Of a stretch of 64,000 bases of DNA, positions 23,549 through 34,203 are shown in pieces. The notes below the pieces were generated by a model that saw nothing but the letters and a program-made list of their open reading frames with translations, was not told the DNA's origin and searched no databases. Made by a program: the position numbers and the translations under genes. Source of the stretch: an uncultured delta proteobacterium. GTDB taxonomy: Bacteria; Myxococcota; Kuafuiibacteriia; Kuafuiibacteriales; Kuafuiibacteriaceae. The stretch's first letter is position 1; each line of letters opens with the position of its first letter. The stretch lies in NCBI GenBank assembly GCA_963803435.1, contig CAWDML010000003.1, forward strand, positions 160,001 through 224,000. The letters run 5' to 3'.

Positions 23549-24079
23549 ATGACGCTCGCCCACCTCCTGCTCCTCGTGATCCCGTCGGCCCCGAACAGCA
23601 CCACGCTTCAGCTGCGCGAGCTGGCGCTGATCACGGCGGCGAGCCCCGAGATGCCCGCCATCAACAAGCGCGTGCGCTTCGGCGTACCGAAGGGCTGGAC
23701 GGGCGACCGCCACCCGAACGGGCGCTCGCTCACGCTGGCCGGGCCAAACGGCGAGGGCAAGATCCTCATCGCGGCCGCGCTTCACCCCGACGGGCTCACC
23801 CCGTACCTCGACGAGCTGAAGCAGGCCCATCCCGCCGCGACCCCGTCGCCGCCGGAGGCGATGGAGCTGCCCGGGATCAAGCCCGAGCGGATGGAGCGCG
23901 CCACGCGCTTCGTGATCACGGGTCGCGAGGTGGGCGAGATGATCCTCATCGAGAAGTTCGACGTGATCGTCTTGATCGTCACCGTCGTCGATCCGAACGA
24001 GTGGCAGGCGCTGCGTCCGGTGATGGCCAAGGTGTATCCGACCGTCGAGGTCGTGGATGTCCAGCCGAAGAAGAAGTGA
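23549..24079 (+). CDS. Hypothetical exported protein
   Basis: Host-like codon usage and hydrophobic N-terminus; abuts thiD. Confidence 0.65.
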   Translation: MTLAHLLLLVIPSAPNSTTLQLRELALITAASPEMPAINKRVRFGVPKGWTGDRHPNGRSLTLAGPNGEGKILIAAALHPDGLTPYLDELKQAHPAATPSPPEAMELPGIKPERMERATRFVITGREVGEMILIEKFDVIVLIVTVVDPNEWQALRPVMAKVYPTVEVVDVQPKKK

Positions 24080-24878
24080 CCCCGCCCTCGTCCCGGTCGC
24101 CCTCACGATCGCGGGCAGCGATTCCGGTGGCGGCGCCGGGATTCAGGCGGATCTCAAGACGTTCGCCGCCCACCAGGTCTTCGGCCTCTCCGCGATCACC
24201 GCGGTCACCGCCCAGTCCACCACCGAGGTCCGCGCCGTCCACCCGGTCCCGCCGGCGATGGTGCGGGCCCAGGTGGAGACGCTCCTCGCAGACTTTCGGA
24301 TCGCTGCGGTGAAGACCGGGATGCTCGGATCGGCCGAGCTGATCCGGACGGTGGCCGATCTCCTCGACCGGATCGACGCGCCCGCCGTGATCGATCCGGT
24401 GATGATCGCCAGCAGCGGCGCTCCGCTCGCCGAGGCAGGTGCGATCGAGGCGACGATCGCGCTGCTGCTCCCGCGGGCTCGGTTGATCACGCCGAACCTC
24501 CCCGAGGTCGAGGCGATCCTGGGTGAGCGCCCGCGATCGCAGGCCGACATGATCGCGGCCGCGCGGGCCCTCGTCGATCGCGGGGCGCGCGCCGCCCTGG
24601 TGAAGGGCGGACACCTCGAGGCGGATGACCTCGTCGACGTGCTCTTCACCGAGGGTGAGGCCCACATCTACTCCGGACCGCGCATGCACACCGCGAGCAC
24701 CCATGGGTCGGGCTGTACCTATGCGGCCGCGATCACCGCGCACCTCGCGAGGGGTGTTCCGCTGACGGAGGCCGTGCGCGAGAGCCACGCTTGGCTGCGC
24801 GACGCGATCGCCACGGCGCCGGGGCTGGGCCGCGGCGCGGGCCCGCTCCATCACTTCCATCGTTGGTACCGGTGGTAG
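24057..24878 (+). CDS. thiD: Hydroxymethylpyrimidine/phosphomethylpyrimidine kinase
   Basis: LTIAGSDSGGGAGIQADLKTF, ITPNLPE, VKGGH and THGSGC motifs; the true start may be the out-of-frame GTG at 24076. Confidence 0.95.
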   Translation: MSSRRRSDPALVPVALTIAGSDSGGGAGIQADLKTFAAHQVFGLSAITAVTAQSTTEVRAVHPVPPAMVRAQVETLLADFRIAAVKTGMLGSAELIRTVADLLDRIDAPAVIDPVMIASSGAPLAEAGAIEATIALLLPRARLITPNLPEVEAILGERPRSQADMIAAARALVDRGARAALVKGGHLEADDLVDVLFTEGEAHIYSGPRMHTASTHGSGCTYAAAITAHLARGVPLTEAVRESHAWLRDAIATAPGLGRGAGPLHHFHRWYRW

Positions 24879-24916
24879 AACTTGCGCGACGACCGAGAGC
24901 CTCCTAGGTTCCGGCC

Positions 24917-25810
24917 GTGGAGGTGGGGCGCTGCCTGGGGCTGCTCTCGGCCCTGATCCTGAGTGGTTGCAGCGCAACCAAGGTCCTCGCGAACGCGCTG
25001 TCGGGATCCGGCGGCGTGTACGCGACCGACGACGATCCCGAGCTGATCCGCGACGCTGTGCCCTTCGGTCTGAAGACGATGGAGGGCGTGCTCGTCGAAC
25101 AACCCGAGCACGAAGGGCTGCTCCTCGCGCTGGCGAGCGGTTTCACGCAGTACGCGTATGCGTTCGTGCAGCAGGACGCGGATGAGATGGCGGAGGTGGA
25201 CATCGATCGCTCGCTCGAGCTCCAGCGGCGGGCCAAGAAGCTCTACCTGCGGGCGCGGGGCTACGCCCTCCGGGGCCTGGCCGTGCGCCACCCGGACCTC
25301 GAGCGGCGCCTCCACTCGGACGCGGATGCGCTCATGGCCGAGATGAAGGAGGAGGACGTGCCGCTCCTCTACTGGTCGGCGGCCTCGTGGGCGCTCGCCA
25401 TCTCTGGCTCGAAGGATCAGCCGGAGATGCTGGCCGACTTTCCGCTGGTCGGGAAGCTCGCCGGCCGCGCCCTCGAGCTGGACGAGACCTGGGGCGACGG
25501 TGCGATCCACGAGTTCTTCATCAGCTACGAGGCCGCCTCGCCGACGGGGAGCGCGGCGCGGGCGCGCGAGCACTTCCAGAGGGCGATCGCGATCTCGGAC
25601 GACGCCAAGGCCTCTCCGTACGTCGCGCTGGCCGAGGGCGTCGCGGTGAAGGAGCAGAACGCGAAGGAGTTCAACGCGCTGATCGACAAGGCGCTGGCCG
25701 TCGACGTCGACGCGCATCCGCAATACCGGCTTGCCAACGTCGTGATCCAGCGGCGTGCCCGGCGCCTCAAGAAGGCCGCCCCAGACCTCTTCTTCGAACC
25801 CGAGGGATGA
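24917..25810 (+). CDS. TRAP transporter TatT component (lipoprotein)
   Basis: Lipobox LSGC, DDDPELIRDAVPFGLK and RAKKLYLRARGY; first gene before dctP and dctQM. Confidence 0.85.
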   Translation: MEVGRCLGLLSALILSGCSATKVLANALSGSGGVYATDDDPELIRDAVPFGLKTMEGVLVEQPEHEGLLLALASGFTQYAYAFVQQDADEMAEVDIDRSLELQRRAKKLYLRARGYALRGLAVRHPDLERRLHSDADALMAEMKEEDVPLLYWSAASWALAISGSKDQPEMLADFPLVGKLAGRALELDETWGDGAIHEFFISYEAASPTGSAARAREHFQRAIAISDDAKASPYVALAEGVAVKEQNAKEFNALIDKALAVDVDAHPQYRLANVVIQRRARRLKKAAPDLFFEPEG

Positions 25811-25816
25811 CCACAC

Positions 25817-26830
25817 ATGCTTGACTCCGCAAAGTACGCCGCGCTCGTCGCGCTCGCGCTGATCGCTCACCCCTCCGACGCCGAGGCGAAGAAGGTGAAG
25901 ATCAAGCTGGGGACGCTCGCGCCCGAAGGATCGCCCTGGCACAACGGCCTGCTCCGGATCTCGCAGCGCTGGCAGAAGATCGCGAACGGCAACGTCGAGA
26001 TCAAGATCTATCCCGGCGGCGTCCTCGGGGACGAAGGCGACATGGTCCGGAAGATGAACGTCGGGCAGCTCCACGCCGGCACCATCACCGGGGTCGGGCT
26101 CGCGCTGATCACGCGCGCGACCTACGCGCTCCAGACGCCGATGATGATCCAGAGCTACGACGAGCTCGACTACGTCCGCGAGCACATGAGCGGCGAGATC
26201 GATCGCGAGCTGGAGGCCAGCGGCTTCGTGGTGCTGGGCTGGGGGGACGCGGGCTGGGTCCACTTCTTCGCGAAGTCGCAGGCGGTGAACGTCGACGACT
26301 TTCGCAAGCTCCGCATGTTCGTGTGGGCCGGCGATCCCTCGGCCGTCCTGGCCTGGAAGGCGGCCGGATTCACGCCGGTGCCCATGTCCGCCACGGACGT
26401 GATGAGCGGGCTCCAGACCGGGCTGATCGACTCCTTCGCCACCACGCCTCTCTACGCGCTGACCTCGCAGTGGTTCGGGCTCGCCAAGCACATGACCGCG
26501 GTGAACTGGACCCCGCTCAACGGCGCCACCGTCATGACGAAGGCGAAGTGGGACGAGCTCAAGGAGGTCGGTGATCAGGACGCGTTCCGGAAAGCGGCCG
26601 AGGAGGAGGTGGCGAAGACCAACCTCGAGGTGCGTGGCCTCGGAGAGAAGGCCGCCAAGGCGATGATCGAGCGCGGCCTCTCCGTGCACGAGCCCACGGC
26701 GGCCGAGCTGGCCGCGTGGAAGAAGGCCGCCGAGAACGCCTACCCCACGCTTCGCGAGAAGGTCATCCCCGCCAAGTTCTTCGACGAGGTCCAGCGCCTG
26801 GTGAACGAGTACCGCGCGAAGAAGAAGTGA
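25817..26830 (+). CDS. TRAP substrate-binding protein DctP (TatP type)
   Basis: IKLGTLAPEGSPW, IYPGGVLGDE and LQTGLID motifs. Confidence 0.92.
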   Translation: MLDSAKYAALVALALIAHPSDAEAKKVKIKLGTLAPEGSPWHNGLLRISQRWQKIANGNVEIKIYPGGVLGDEGDMVRKMNVGQLHAGTITGVGLALITRATYALQTPMMIQSYDELDYVREHMSGEIDRELEASGFVVLGWGDAGWVHFFAKSQAVNVDDFRKLRMFVWAGDPSAVLAWKAAGFTPVPMSATDVMSGLQTGLIDSFATTPLYALTSQWFGLAKHMTAVNWTPLNGATVMTKAKWDELKEVGDQDAFRKAAEEEVAKTNLEVRGLGEKAAKAMIERGLSVHEPTAAELAAWKKAAENAYPTLREKVIPAKFFDEVQRLVNEYRAKKK

Positions 26831-28704
26831 CCTCCGCCTCGACCACCGAGCCGCGGACCACGAGCGGCTTCTTCGGCAAGGTCTTCGACGTCGAGGACGG
26901 GATCAGCACGGCCATCCTGGTCCTGATGGCGCTGCTTCCGATGATTGAGATCCCGCTCCGGATGTTCGGGCTCCAGCTGCCGGGCATGCTCCAGTGGGTC
27001 TCGCTCTTGACCCTCTGGATCGGGTTCTTCGGCGCCATGATCGCGGCGCGGGACAAGAAGCACCTGTCCCTGTCCACCGGCTCGACGTTCCTCAAGGGCA
27101 AGCCGGAGTACGTCGCGCGGCTGCTCTCGGTGGTGGTCGCGGCGGTCACCACGGCGGCGTTGGCCTACGGCGCCTGGTTCGCGGTGAAGGCGGAGATGAA
27201 CACCACCGAGATCCTGCCCGGCGGCATCCCCGGCTGGGTGGGCGCCCTGGCGATGCCTTTCGGCTATGCGGTGATCGCGGTCCGCCTGATCACGTCGAGC
27301 TTCAAGAAGGTGCTCGAGCGGCTGGCGATGATCGCAGCGGTCTGCCTCTTGCTCGGGATCCTCTATGCCTTGGATGTCAGCGTCGCCGAGACGCTCTTGT
27401 GGCCGCTCATCGTGGTCGTGATCCTGGCGACCGTCCTGGGCGCGCCGATCTACGTGACGCTCGGCGCGGCCGCGCTCCTCCTCTTCTGGGCGGACGACGA
27501 GCCGATCGCTGCCGTGGCCGCCGAGACCGTCCGGCAGATCAAGTCGCCGATCATGCCGACGATCCCGCTGTTCACCTTCACCGGCTATCTCCTCGCCGAG
27601 GCCAACGCCTCCAAGCGGTTGGTCCGCGTGTTCCGATCGCTCTTCGGCTGGCTCCCCGGCGGCATGGCGGTCATGACCGCGCTCGTCTGCGCGTTCTTCA
27701 CCACGTTCACCGGCGCCAGCGGCGTCACCATCCTCGCCCTCGGCGGCCTCCTCTACCCGATGCTGAAGAAGGAGGCCTATCCGGACGGCTTCTCGGTCGG
27801 CGTACTCACGGCGTCGGGGAGCATCGGCCTGCTGTTCCCACCCTCGCTCCCGGTGATCCTGTACGGCGTGGTCGCGCATGTCCCCATCGACCGCATGTTT
27901 GCGGCGGGGGTGCTCCCCGGGCTGGTGCTGGTGGGGGCCATCAGCGTGCTCGGCGTGAAGACCGGCCTTCGTCCCGAGGTCCGGGCGCGCGCCCAGCGCT
28001 TCGATTGGCGGGAGGCGGTGGCCGCGATCCGGGAGGCGATCTGGGAGCTCCTACTCCCACTGATCGTGGTGGGCGGCATCTTTCTCGGCCTCACCACGCT
28101 GGTGGAAGCCGCCGCGCTGACCGCCGCCTATGCGCTGTTCGTCGAGGTTGTCATCTACAAGGACCTCTCGGTGCGGCGCGACCTGGTGCGCGTCGGTCGC
28201 GACTGCGCGTCGCTGGTCGGCGGCGTGTTGATCATCCTCGGCGTCGCGATGGGCCTGACGTCCTATTTAGTCGACGCCGAGATCCCGGCGGCCGGTCTGG
28301 AGTGGGTCAAGAGCGGCATCGAATCGAAGTACGTCTTCCTGTTGGCGCTCAACCTGTTCCTCCTGGTGGTCGGCTGCTTGATGGACATCTTCAGCGCGCT
28401 CGTGGTGGTGGTGCCGCTGATCCTTCCCATCGCGCAGCATTTCGGCGTCGATCCGATCCACCTCGGCATCATCTTCTTGGCCAACCTCGAGCTCGGCTTC
28501 CTCACCCCGCCCGTGGGCCTCAACCTGTTTCTCGCCTCGTACCGGTTCGAGAAACCGCTGACCCAGGTCTACCGGTACTCGCTCCCCTTCCTGCTGATAT
28601 TGATCGTGGCCGTCTTGCTCATCACCTATGTCCCATGGCTGACGCTCGCACCGGTCCAGTGGATCTTCGGAAACCTGCCGGAAGCACCGCCGATCCAGTT
28701 CTAA
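26827..28704 (+). CDS. Fused TRAP small + large permease (DctQM)
   Basis: [21 protein letters not shown] and [12 protein letters not shown] motifs, with an N-terminal DctQ-like 4-TM region. Confidence 0.92.
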   Translation: MTSASTTEPRTTSGFFGKVFDVEDGISTAILVLMALLPMIEIPLRMFGLQLPGMLQWVSLLTLWIGFFGAMIAARDKKHLSLSTGSTFLKGKPEYVARLLSVVVAAVTTAALAYGAWFAVKAEMNTTEILPGGIPGWVGALAMPFGYAVIAVRLITSSFKKVLERLAMIAAVCLLLGILYALDVSVAETLLWPLIVVVILATVLGAPIYVTLGAAALLLFWADDEPIAAVAAETVRQIKSPIMPTIPLFTFTGYLLAEANASKRLVRVFRSLFGWLPGGMAVMTALVCAFFTTFTGASGVTILALGGLLYPMLKKEAYPDGFSVGVLTASGSIGLLFPPSLPVILYGVVAHVPIDRMFAAGVLPGLVLVGAISVLGVKTGLRPEVRARAQRFDWREAVAAIREAIWELLLPLIVVGGIFLGLTTLVEAAALTAAYALFVEVVIYKDLSVRRDLVRVGRDCASLVGGVLIILGVAMGLTSYLVDAEIPAAGLEWVKSGIESKYVFLLALNLFLLVVGCLMDIFSALVVVVPLILPIAQHFGVDPIHLGIIFLANLELGFLTPPVGLNLFLASYRFEKPLTQVYRYSLPFLLILIVAVLLITYVPWLTLAPVQWIFGNLPEAPPIQF

Positions 28705-28742
28705 TTGACAAGCGGCCACCACTCATCGGCAATGGCTGCGCG

Positions 28743-29144
28743 ATGCATCTGAGGACGTTCACGGTCGCCCAGGCGAACGCCCTGATCCCCTGGCTCGACA
28801 CGCTCTTCAACGAGACGCGGCGGGCGGTCGAGGAGCTCCACGGGCTCCGGGTGGCGACGAGCCGCGCGCGCGTGGACGCAGGCGGGAGCGTCGAGCAGAA
28901 GGGCGGGGATCGCATTCGAGACCTCGAGGCGCAGATCAGGCGGCGGCTCGAAGAGGCCACCGCGCTCGGGCTCGAGGTGCGACGCGTGGACGGCCTCGTC
29001 GACTTTCCCGGGTGGATGGACGGCCAGCTGGTCTACCTCTGCTGGAAGTACGGCGAAACCGAGGTCACGCACTACCACCCGACCAGCGAGGGCTTCATGG
29101 GCCGTCGGGCCCTCCCCAGGCCGAGCCCCCCCGAGCTCAACTAG
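28743..29144 (+). CDS. DUF2203 family protein
   Basis: FTVAQANALIP, GLVDFP, VYLCWKYGE and GFMGRR motifs. Confidence 0.88.
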   Translation: MHLRTFTVAQANALIPWLDTLFNETRRAVEELHGLRVATSRARVDAGGSVEQKGGDRIRDLEAQIRRRLEEATALGLEVRRVDGLVDFPGWMDGQLVYLCWKYGETEVTHYHPTSEGFMGRRALPRPSPPELN

Positions 29145-29187
29145 CCCTTGATCCCAGGGAACGCGCGATGCCAGTCTAGCCCCGGCG

Positions 29188-29721
29188 ATGGCGTATACGA
29201 TTGTTGAGGACTGCACCGGCTGTACCGCCTGTGTGAAGCGCTGCCCGACGGACGCGATCAAGGGTGAGCGCAAGGGCCTTCACGACATCGATCCCGACCT
29301 CTGCATCGATTGTGGCGCGTGCGCGCCGGTCTGCGCCGACAACGCGATCTTCAACAACTACGGCGACCGGATCATGTTCAAGAAGAAGAAGAGCTGGCCG
29401 TTCGCCTTCGTCGACGAGATCAACTGCGTCGGCTGCGAGAAGTGTGTCGACGAGTGCCCGTTCGATTCGCTCCGCATCGTCGAGCATCCGACCACCTCCT
29501 CTTTCCACGGAATCTGCGTGGTGGACGAGAAGAAGTGCACCGGCTGCCGCATCTGCGAGTGGGCCTGTCCGTACGACGCCATCTTCATCTACCCCAAGGA
29601 TGAGCCGCCGGACTGGCTCCGCGAGGCGGTCCTCCCGCGCCCGCCCGAGCGGCAGGAAGAGGTCGATTGGCGCAAGTGGTCGACCTCCCAGGTCGTCGGC
29701 AACGTGGTCAACGACGAGTGA
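29188..29721 (+). CDS. Polyferredoxin with four 4Fe-4S motifs
   Basis: CTGCTACVKRCP, CIDCGACAPVC, CVGCEKCVDECP and CTGCRICEWACP. Confidence 0.92.
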   Translation: MAYTIVEDCTGCTACVKRCPTDAIKGERKGLHDIDPDLCIDCGACAPVCADNAIFNNYGDRIMFKKKKSWPFAFVDEINCVGCEKCVDECPFDSLRIVEHPTTSSFHGICVVDEKKCTGCRICEWACPYDAIFIYPKDEPPDWLREAVLPRPPERQEEVDWRKWSTSQVVGNVVNDE

Positions 29722-30012
29722 CGACCCTCGCGCTGAAGGGCGTGGTCGACGCCGACGTCGCCGCTCTCTTCCTCGAAGAGCTGGCGAGCCTGAGCAGCTC
29801 GGACGCGCCGGTCACCATCGACATGCGGGAGGCCGAGCTCGGCGACGCCACCTTGATCGGCGCGCTGGTGGATCAGATTCCGACAGGCGGCCTCGCGGGC
29901 CGGTCGCGTCCAGCTCCTCGAGCCTCCGCAGATCCTCGCGCACAACCTCTACCTGGTGGGCGCGCTCGACGGCGACTCGACCATCCAGCTCGTCGATCCG
30001 CGTAACGCCTGA
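29718..30012 (+). CDS. Small STAS-like protein; frameshift at ~29879
   Basis: Removing one T gives VTTLALKGVVD...VTIDMREAEL...IRQAASRAGRVQLLEPPQILAHNLYLVG (97 aa). Confidence 0.6.
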
Positions 30013-30015
30013 GGG

Positions 30016-30861
30016 TCAGTGCTTCGGGAGCGCCTTGAGCACCGCGCGCCCGCTCCGGATCACGACCTTGAACTCGACGGCCTTGGCGCCCGTGTCCTTG
30101 AGGAGCTTCGGCACCTGCTTGCGCAAGGCCGCCGCCATGTCTTCGTAGCGCAGGTCGACCTTCTCGCCGCAGCGCTTCCGGGCGCTCACGTACGTCTGAT
30201 AGAGCCGCTGTAGCTTGGGCTCGGTGAGATCCTCGGCGGAGCTGGCGCTGGGTCGTCCGACCTCACCCCGCGACGGTGCCTGTCCCCCGGGGCGCTGGCG
30301 GCCGGCGGTGTCCGCGGCCGACTTCCCCGCCTGGAGGGCGGCGCCGGTGATCGCCTGGCCCTGGAGAGAGGGGGCCTTCGCGACGCCGGTCTCCGCGACG
30401 TCGCTCCTCGGGAGCTCGCCCCGATCGGCGGCGCGTCGCTTCTGGGCCTCGAGCTCCTGCTTCTTGATCTCCGCCTCGCGCCGGGCGACCCGCGCCTGAT
30501 CGCGCCGGTAGGTGCCGGCCTCGCGCTGCCGGTTCGTGCGCTCCCAGTAGTTCTCGAGCGAGATCATCCGCGCCTTCAGCTGCTGGATCCGAAACTTCAG
30601 CGCGGTGTTCTTGATGTGCGGCCCGACCAGCTTGCGGATGGTGGCCTTCAAGCCGTCGCGCGTGATGAGCGGCTCCACCTTCTCGATCCCCATGAAGTAC
30701 AGCTCGTACTGGGATCGGAGCTCGTTCATGTCCTTCTCGAGGGTGTCGACGGTCTCGACGATCTCGCGCTCGGACGGTCCCTGGCGGCGCCCCTCGTCGG
30801 GGTCCTGACCGTACCTGCTCCTGCCGCCGAACAGCGCCTTGTCTTTGCTCTTCAGAGCCAC
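30016..30861 (-). CDS. MXAN_5187 C-terminal-domain-like protein
   Basis: LRSQYELYFMGIEKVEP and LYQTYVSARKRCGE...VEFKVVIRSGRAVLKA. Confidence 0.8.
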   Translation of the reverse strand: MALKSKDKALFGGRSRYGQDPDEGRRQGPSEREIVETVDTLEKDMNELRSQYELYFMGIEKVEPLITRDGLKATIRKLVGPHIKNTALKFRIQQLKARMISLENYWERTNRQREAGTYRRDQARVARREAEIKKQELEAQKRRAADRGELPRSDVAETGVAKAPSLQGQAITGAALQAGKSAADTAGRQRPGGQAPSRGEVGRPSASSAEDLTEPKLQRLYQTYVSARKRCGEKVDLRYEDMAAALRKQVPKLLKDTGAKAVEFKVVIRSGRAVLKALPKH

Positions 30862-30874
30862 CTGAGTAGAAGAT

Positions 30875-31594
30875 ATGAGTAGCAGGATGGCCGGATTCCC
30901 GCCAGCAGCCGTGCTCCTCCTCGCGATCGGGGCCGATCCGGCGCCGCTCCTCCTCGATCCGGAGGGCGCGCTCGCTGCGGCCCGCGAGGACGCGCGTGCC
31001 GCGCCGCTCAGAGCCGCCGAGGCCGACCTCTTGGCGGGCGATGCGGACGCCGCCCTGGCGGACCTCGCCGATGCGGGATCCACGCCGCGGCGGCTCCGCC
31101 TGGAGGCCGACGCCCACGTCGCCCTGCACGACCACGCCGCGGCTGCGCTGCTCGAGGGGCTCGCGCGCCATCCAGGTTGGGCACAGCACGCCCGCCGCCA
31201 GCAGGCCACGATGGCGGCGGCCGACGCGCAGCAGGACAGCGTCCGCCTGGGATCGCTCCTGTTCGCGCTGGCCCTGGGCCTCTTGGTGTTGGCCGGCGCG
31301 CGGGAGCTCTTGGTCGTTCGGATCGAGACCGTGGTCGCAGGGATCGGCGCCGCGGCGATGATGTTGATCCTGGCAGAGCTGTCGAAACCCCTGATGAGCG
31401 TCGGCGGCGTCCTCGCCGTCGCGGGGCTCGCGCTGGTCCACGCCGGTACCGCCGCAGTCCGGCGCACGGCGGCGCCGCCGCGGGTTCGGGCGATGGTCGC
31501 GACGTCGATGGTGCTCGGCTTCTCCGGCGCAGTGTGGGCCGTATTCACCCAGATCAGTCTGGGCGGCGTGTTTGCGCTCCTGGCGACGGCGTGA
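30875..31594 (+). CDS. Hypothetical membrane protein
   Basis: Four C-terminal hydrophobic segments; host-like codon usage. Confidence 0.6.
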   Translation: MSSRMAGFPPAAVLLLAIGADPAPLLLDPEGALAAAREDARAAPLRAAEADLLAGDADAALADLADAGSTPRRLRLEADAHVALHDHAAAALLEGLARHPGWAQHARRQQATMAAADAQQDSVRLGSLLFALALGLLVLAGARELLVVRIETVVAGIGAAAMMLILAELSKPLMSVGGVLAVAGLALVHAGTAAVRRTAAPPRVRAMVATSMVLGFSGAVWAVFTQISLGGVFALLATA

Positions 31595-31647
31595 ACGTCC
31601 GGACCGGTTGACCGCCGGGCTCGCGCGGCCTAGGGATGCGGTGCGCT

Positions 31648-32337
31648 ATGCCCCTCGAGTTCAGCGACGAGGACAAGGCGGAGATCGCCCGCATCCGCGC
31701 CAAGTATCCGGAGAGTGCGGCGTCTCTTCTCCCCGTCCTCCACTTTGCCCAGCGCAAGTTCGGGCACCTCTCCACCGAGACCCAGCTCCTGGTGGCCGAG
31801 GCGGTCGACGTGGCGCCGACGCGCGTCCGTGAGGTGGTGACGTTCTACGAGATGTTCCACGAGCATCCGGAGGGCCAGTATCACCTCGAGCTGTGCACCA
31901 ACATCTCGTGTCATCTGCTCGGCGGTGAAGCGCTCCTCGCCCACCTGCACACGCAGCTCGGCTGCGCGGTCGGCCACATGACCGAGGACGGCGTCTTCAG
32001 CCTCATGGAGGTGGAGTGCCTCGCGAGCTGCGGGTCCGGCCCGGTGCTCAAGGTCGGCGAGGACTACTACGAGCAGCTCACGGCCGAGGCCCTCGACGCG
32101 CTGATCGAGCGCTTCAAGAAGGAGTCACCCTCGCTGGGCGGGAAGCCGTACATCTGCAAGAACAACAAGCCGCACACGGGTCCAGTGCCCGGCTTCGAGT
32201 CGCGGCTCCCGGTGCTCCAGCCGAACGCCGCACCCGCAGCGGCTGCACCTTCGCCCCCCGGGCTGCCGTCCTTCGACGCGCCCAAGCCGAAGAAGAGCGA
32301 GCCCGTCAAGGACGAGACCCCGGGAGGCAAGGCGTGA
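31648..32337 (+). CDS. nuoE: NADH-quinone oxidoreductase subunit E
   Basis: VVTFYEMF, CTNISC and VECLASCGSGP 2Fe-2S motifs. Confidence 0.95.
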   Translation: MPLEFSDEDKAEIARIRAKYPESAASLLPVLHFAQRKFGHLSTETQLLVAEAVDVAPTRVREVVTFYEMFHEHPEGQYHLELCTNISCHLLGGEALLAHLHTQLGCAVGHMTEDGVFSLMEVECLASCGSGPVLKVGEDYYEQLTAEALDALIERFKKESPSLGGKPYICKNNKPHTGPVPGFESRLPVLQPNAAPAAAAPSPPGLPSFDAPKPKKSEPVKDETPGGKA

Positions 32338-33668
32338 GCGCACCGATCATCGAGCCCAAGGAGCGCGTGTTCTCGCGGAACTGGGGCGTGGCCAATAGCT
32401 GGAAGCTCGAGACGTTCCGCAAGCACGGCGGTTACGAGGCGCTCAAGAAGGCGCTCGGGATGACGGAGGAGGAGATCATCAAGGTGGTCTCCGACTCGAA
32501 CATCCGCGGCCGTGGCGGCGCCGGCTTTCCCGCCGGCCGCAAGTGGAGCTTCGTCCCCAAGGACTCGCCCAAGCCGCGCTACGTCTGCGTGAACGCCGAC
32601 GAGTCGGAGCCGGGCACGTTCAAAGATCGCTACATCCTCGAGCTCGATCCTCACATGCTGATCGAGGGCACCGCCATCGCGTGCCTCGCGATCAAGGCCC
32701 AGCAGAGCTACATCTACGTGCGCGGCGAGTTCGGGCTGGCGTATCACCGGATCACGGCCGCGATCGACGACGCCTACCAGGCCGGGATCCTGGGCGACAA
32801 CGTGATGGGCTCGGGTAAGCGGCTGCACATGGCCGTCCACCGCGGCGCGGGGGCGTACATCTGCGGCGAGGAGACGGCGCTCCTGAACTCGCTCGAGGGC
32901 AAGAAGGGCCAGCCGCGCCTCAAGCCTCCGTTCCCGGCCGTGGAGGGCCTGTTCCGCTGCCCGACCATCGTCAACAACGTCGAGACCCTGGCGGCGGTCG
33001 GCCCGATCCTCACGCGAGGCGCCGACTGGTGGAGGTCGCTGTCGTTCACGGCGGCCGAGGGCGGGACCAAGCTGGTGGGCGTGTCGGGCCACGTGGCCTC
33101 GCCCGGCGTGTACGAGGTCCCGGGCGGACTCACGCTCCGCCAGGTGATCTACGACGTCGCCGGCGGCATGCGGAGCAAGGACAAGCCGCTCAAGGCGGTC
33201 ATCCCGGGCGGCGCGTCGTGTCCGATCCTGAAGCCTGAGCAGATCGACGTCAGCTACGACTTCGACGCCCTCAAGACGGTCGGCTCGCTGATGGGCACCG
33301 GCTGCCCCACCGTCATCGAGGAGGGCACCTGCATCGTCCGGCTCCTCAAGCGCGTCGAGCGCTTCTACGCCCACGAGTCGTGCGGACAGTGCACGCCCTG
33401 CCGCGAGGGCGGCGACTGGCTCTACAAGATCCTCACACGCATCGAGGCTGGCGCCGCGAGCGAGGAGGACTGCGACAAGATCGAGTCGATCGCGTCGAAG
33501 ATCGAGGGCCACACCATCTGCCCGTTCGGAGAGGCGCTCTCCTGGCCTGCGCGCAGCTACTTCAAGCAGTTCCGCGAGGAGTTCCTGGAGCACGCGCGCC
33601 TCGGCCGGTGCCCCTACGGCCCCATCCCGGTGGCGCCCGTGAAGATGTCGGGCGTGCTGCCCGCGTGA
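32334..33668 (+). CDS. nuoF: NADH-quinone oxidoreductase subunit F
   Basis: RGRGGAGFP, NADESEPGTFKDR, GAGAYICGEETAL and ESCGQCTPCREG motifs. Confidence 0.98.
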   Translation: MSAPIIEPKERVFSRNWGVANSWKLETFRKHGGYEALKKALGMTEEEIIKVVSDSNIRGRGGAGFPAGRKWSFVPKDSPKPRYVCVNADESEPGTFKDRYILELDPHMLIEGTAIACLAIKAQQSYIYVRGEFGLAYHRITAAIDDAYQAGILGDNVMGSGKRLHMAVHRGAGAYICGEETALLNSLEGKKGQPRLKPPFPAVEGLFRCPTIVNNVETLAAVGPILTRGADWWRSLSFTAAEGGTKLVGVSGHVASPGVYEVPGGLTLRQVIYDVAGGMRSKDKPLKAVIPGGASCPILKPEQIDVSYDFDALKTVGSLMGTGCPTVIEEGTCIVRLLKRVERFYAHESCGQCTPCREGGDWLYKILTRIEAGAASEEDCDKIESIASKIEGHTICPFGEALSWPARSYFKQFREEFLEHARLGRCPYGPIPVAPVKMSGVLPA

Positions 33669-33672
33669 GGAC

Positions 33673-34203
33673 ATGCAAGTGGGGTTGACACCGGAAATCC
33701 TGCTCTTCGCGCTGTTCGCCGTGGTGTCGGTGATCTCGGCGCTCGGCGTGGTCGTGATCCGCGATCCCGTCAAGGCAGCCATGTCCTTGATCGCGTGCTT
33801 CTTCAGCCTGGCTTGCCTCTACCTGCTCCAGTCGGCCGAGCTCATCGCCGTCCTCGAGGTCCTGGTCTACGCCGGCGCGATCATGGTGCTGTTCGTCTTC
33901 GTGATCATGCTGGTGGAGCACAAGGACGCTCCGGTCATCGGCTCCGCGCTGGTGACCAGGGTGGCGGCCCCGATCAAGGTCGCCGCCGTCTGCGCGGTGG
34001 CCTACGCCCTGATCAGCCTGATCCGCCGGTCGCTCCCGGCGCTGGCCGGCAGCGAGTCCCTCCCCGAAGGCTTCGGATCGGTGGCGTCGATCGGACGCAC
34101 GTTCTTCAACGACGGCTTCCTGTTCCACTTCGAGCTCACCAGCCTCCTCCTCTTGGTCGGCATCGTGGGCGCGGTGATCGTGTCGAAACGGAGGAAGAGC
34201 TGA
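33673..34203 (+). CDS. nuoJ: NADH-quinone oxidoreductase subunit J
   Basis: [16 protein letters not shown] and [15 protein letters not shown] motifs. Confidence 0.95.
   Translation: MQVGLTPEILLFALFAVVSVISALGVVVIRDPVKAAMSLIACFFSLACLYLLQSAELIAVLEVLVYAGAIMVLFVFVIMLVEHKDAPVIGSALVTRVAAPIKVAAVCAVAYALISLIRRSLPALAGSESLPEGFGSVASIGRTFFNDGFLFHFELTSLLLLVGIVGAVIVSKRRKS

Noticed and set aside
31599-31612. CCGGACCGGTTGA, resembling the IR end motif
   Set aside because: Terminal base mismatch, no TWA flank and no periodic leader.
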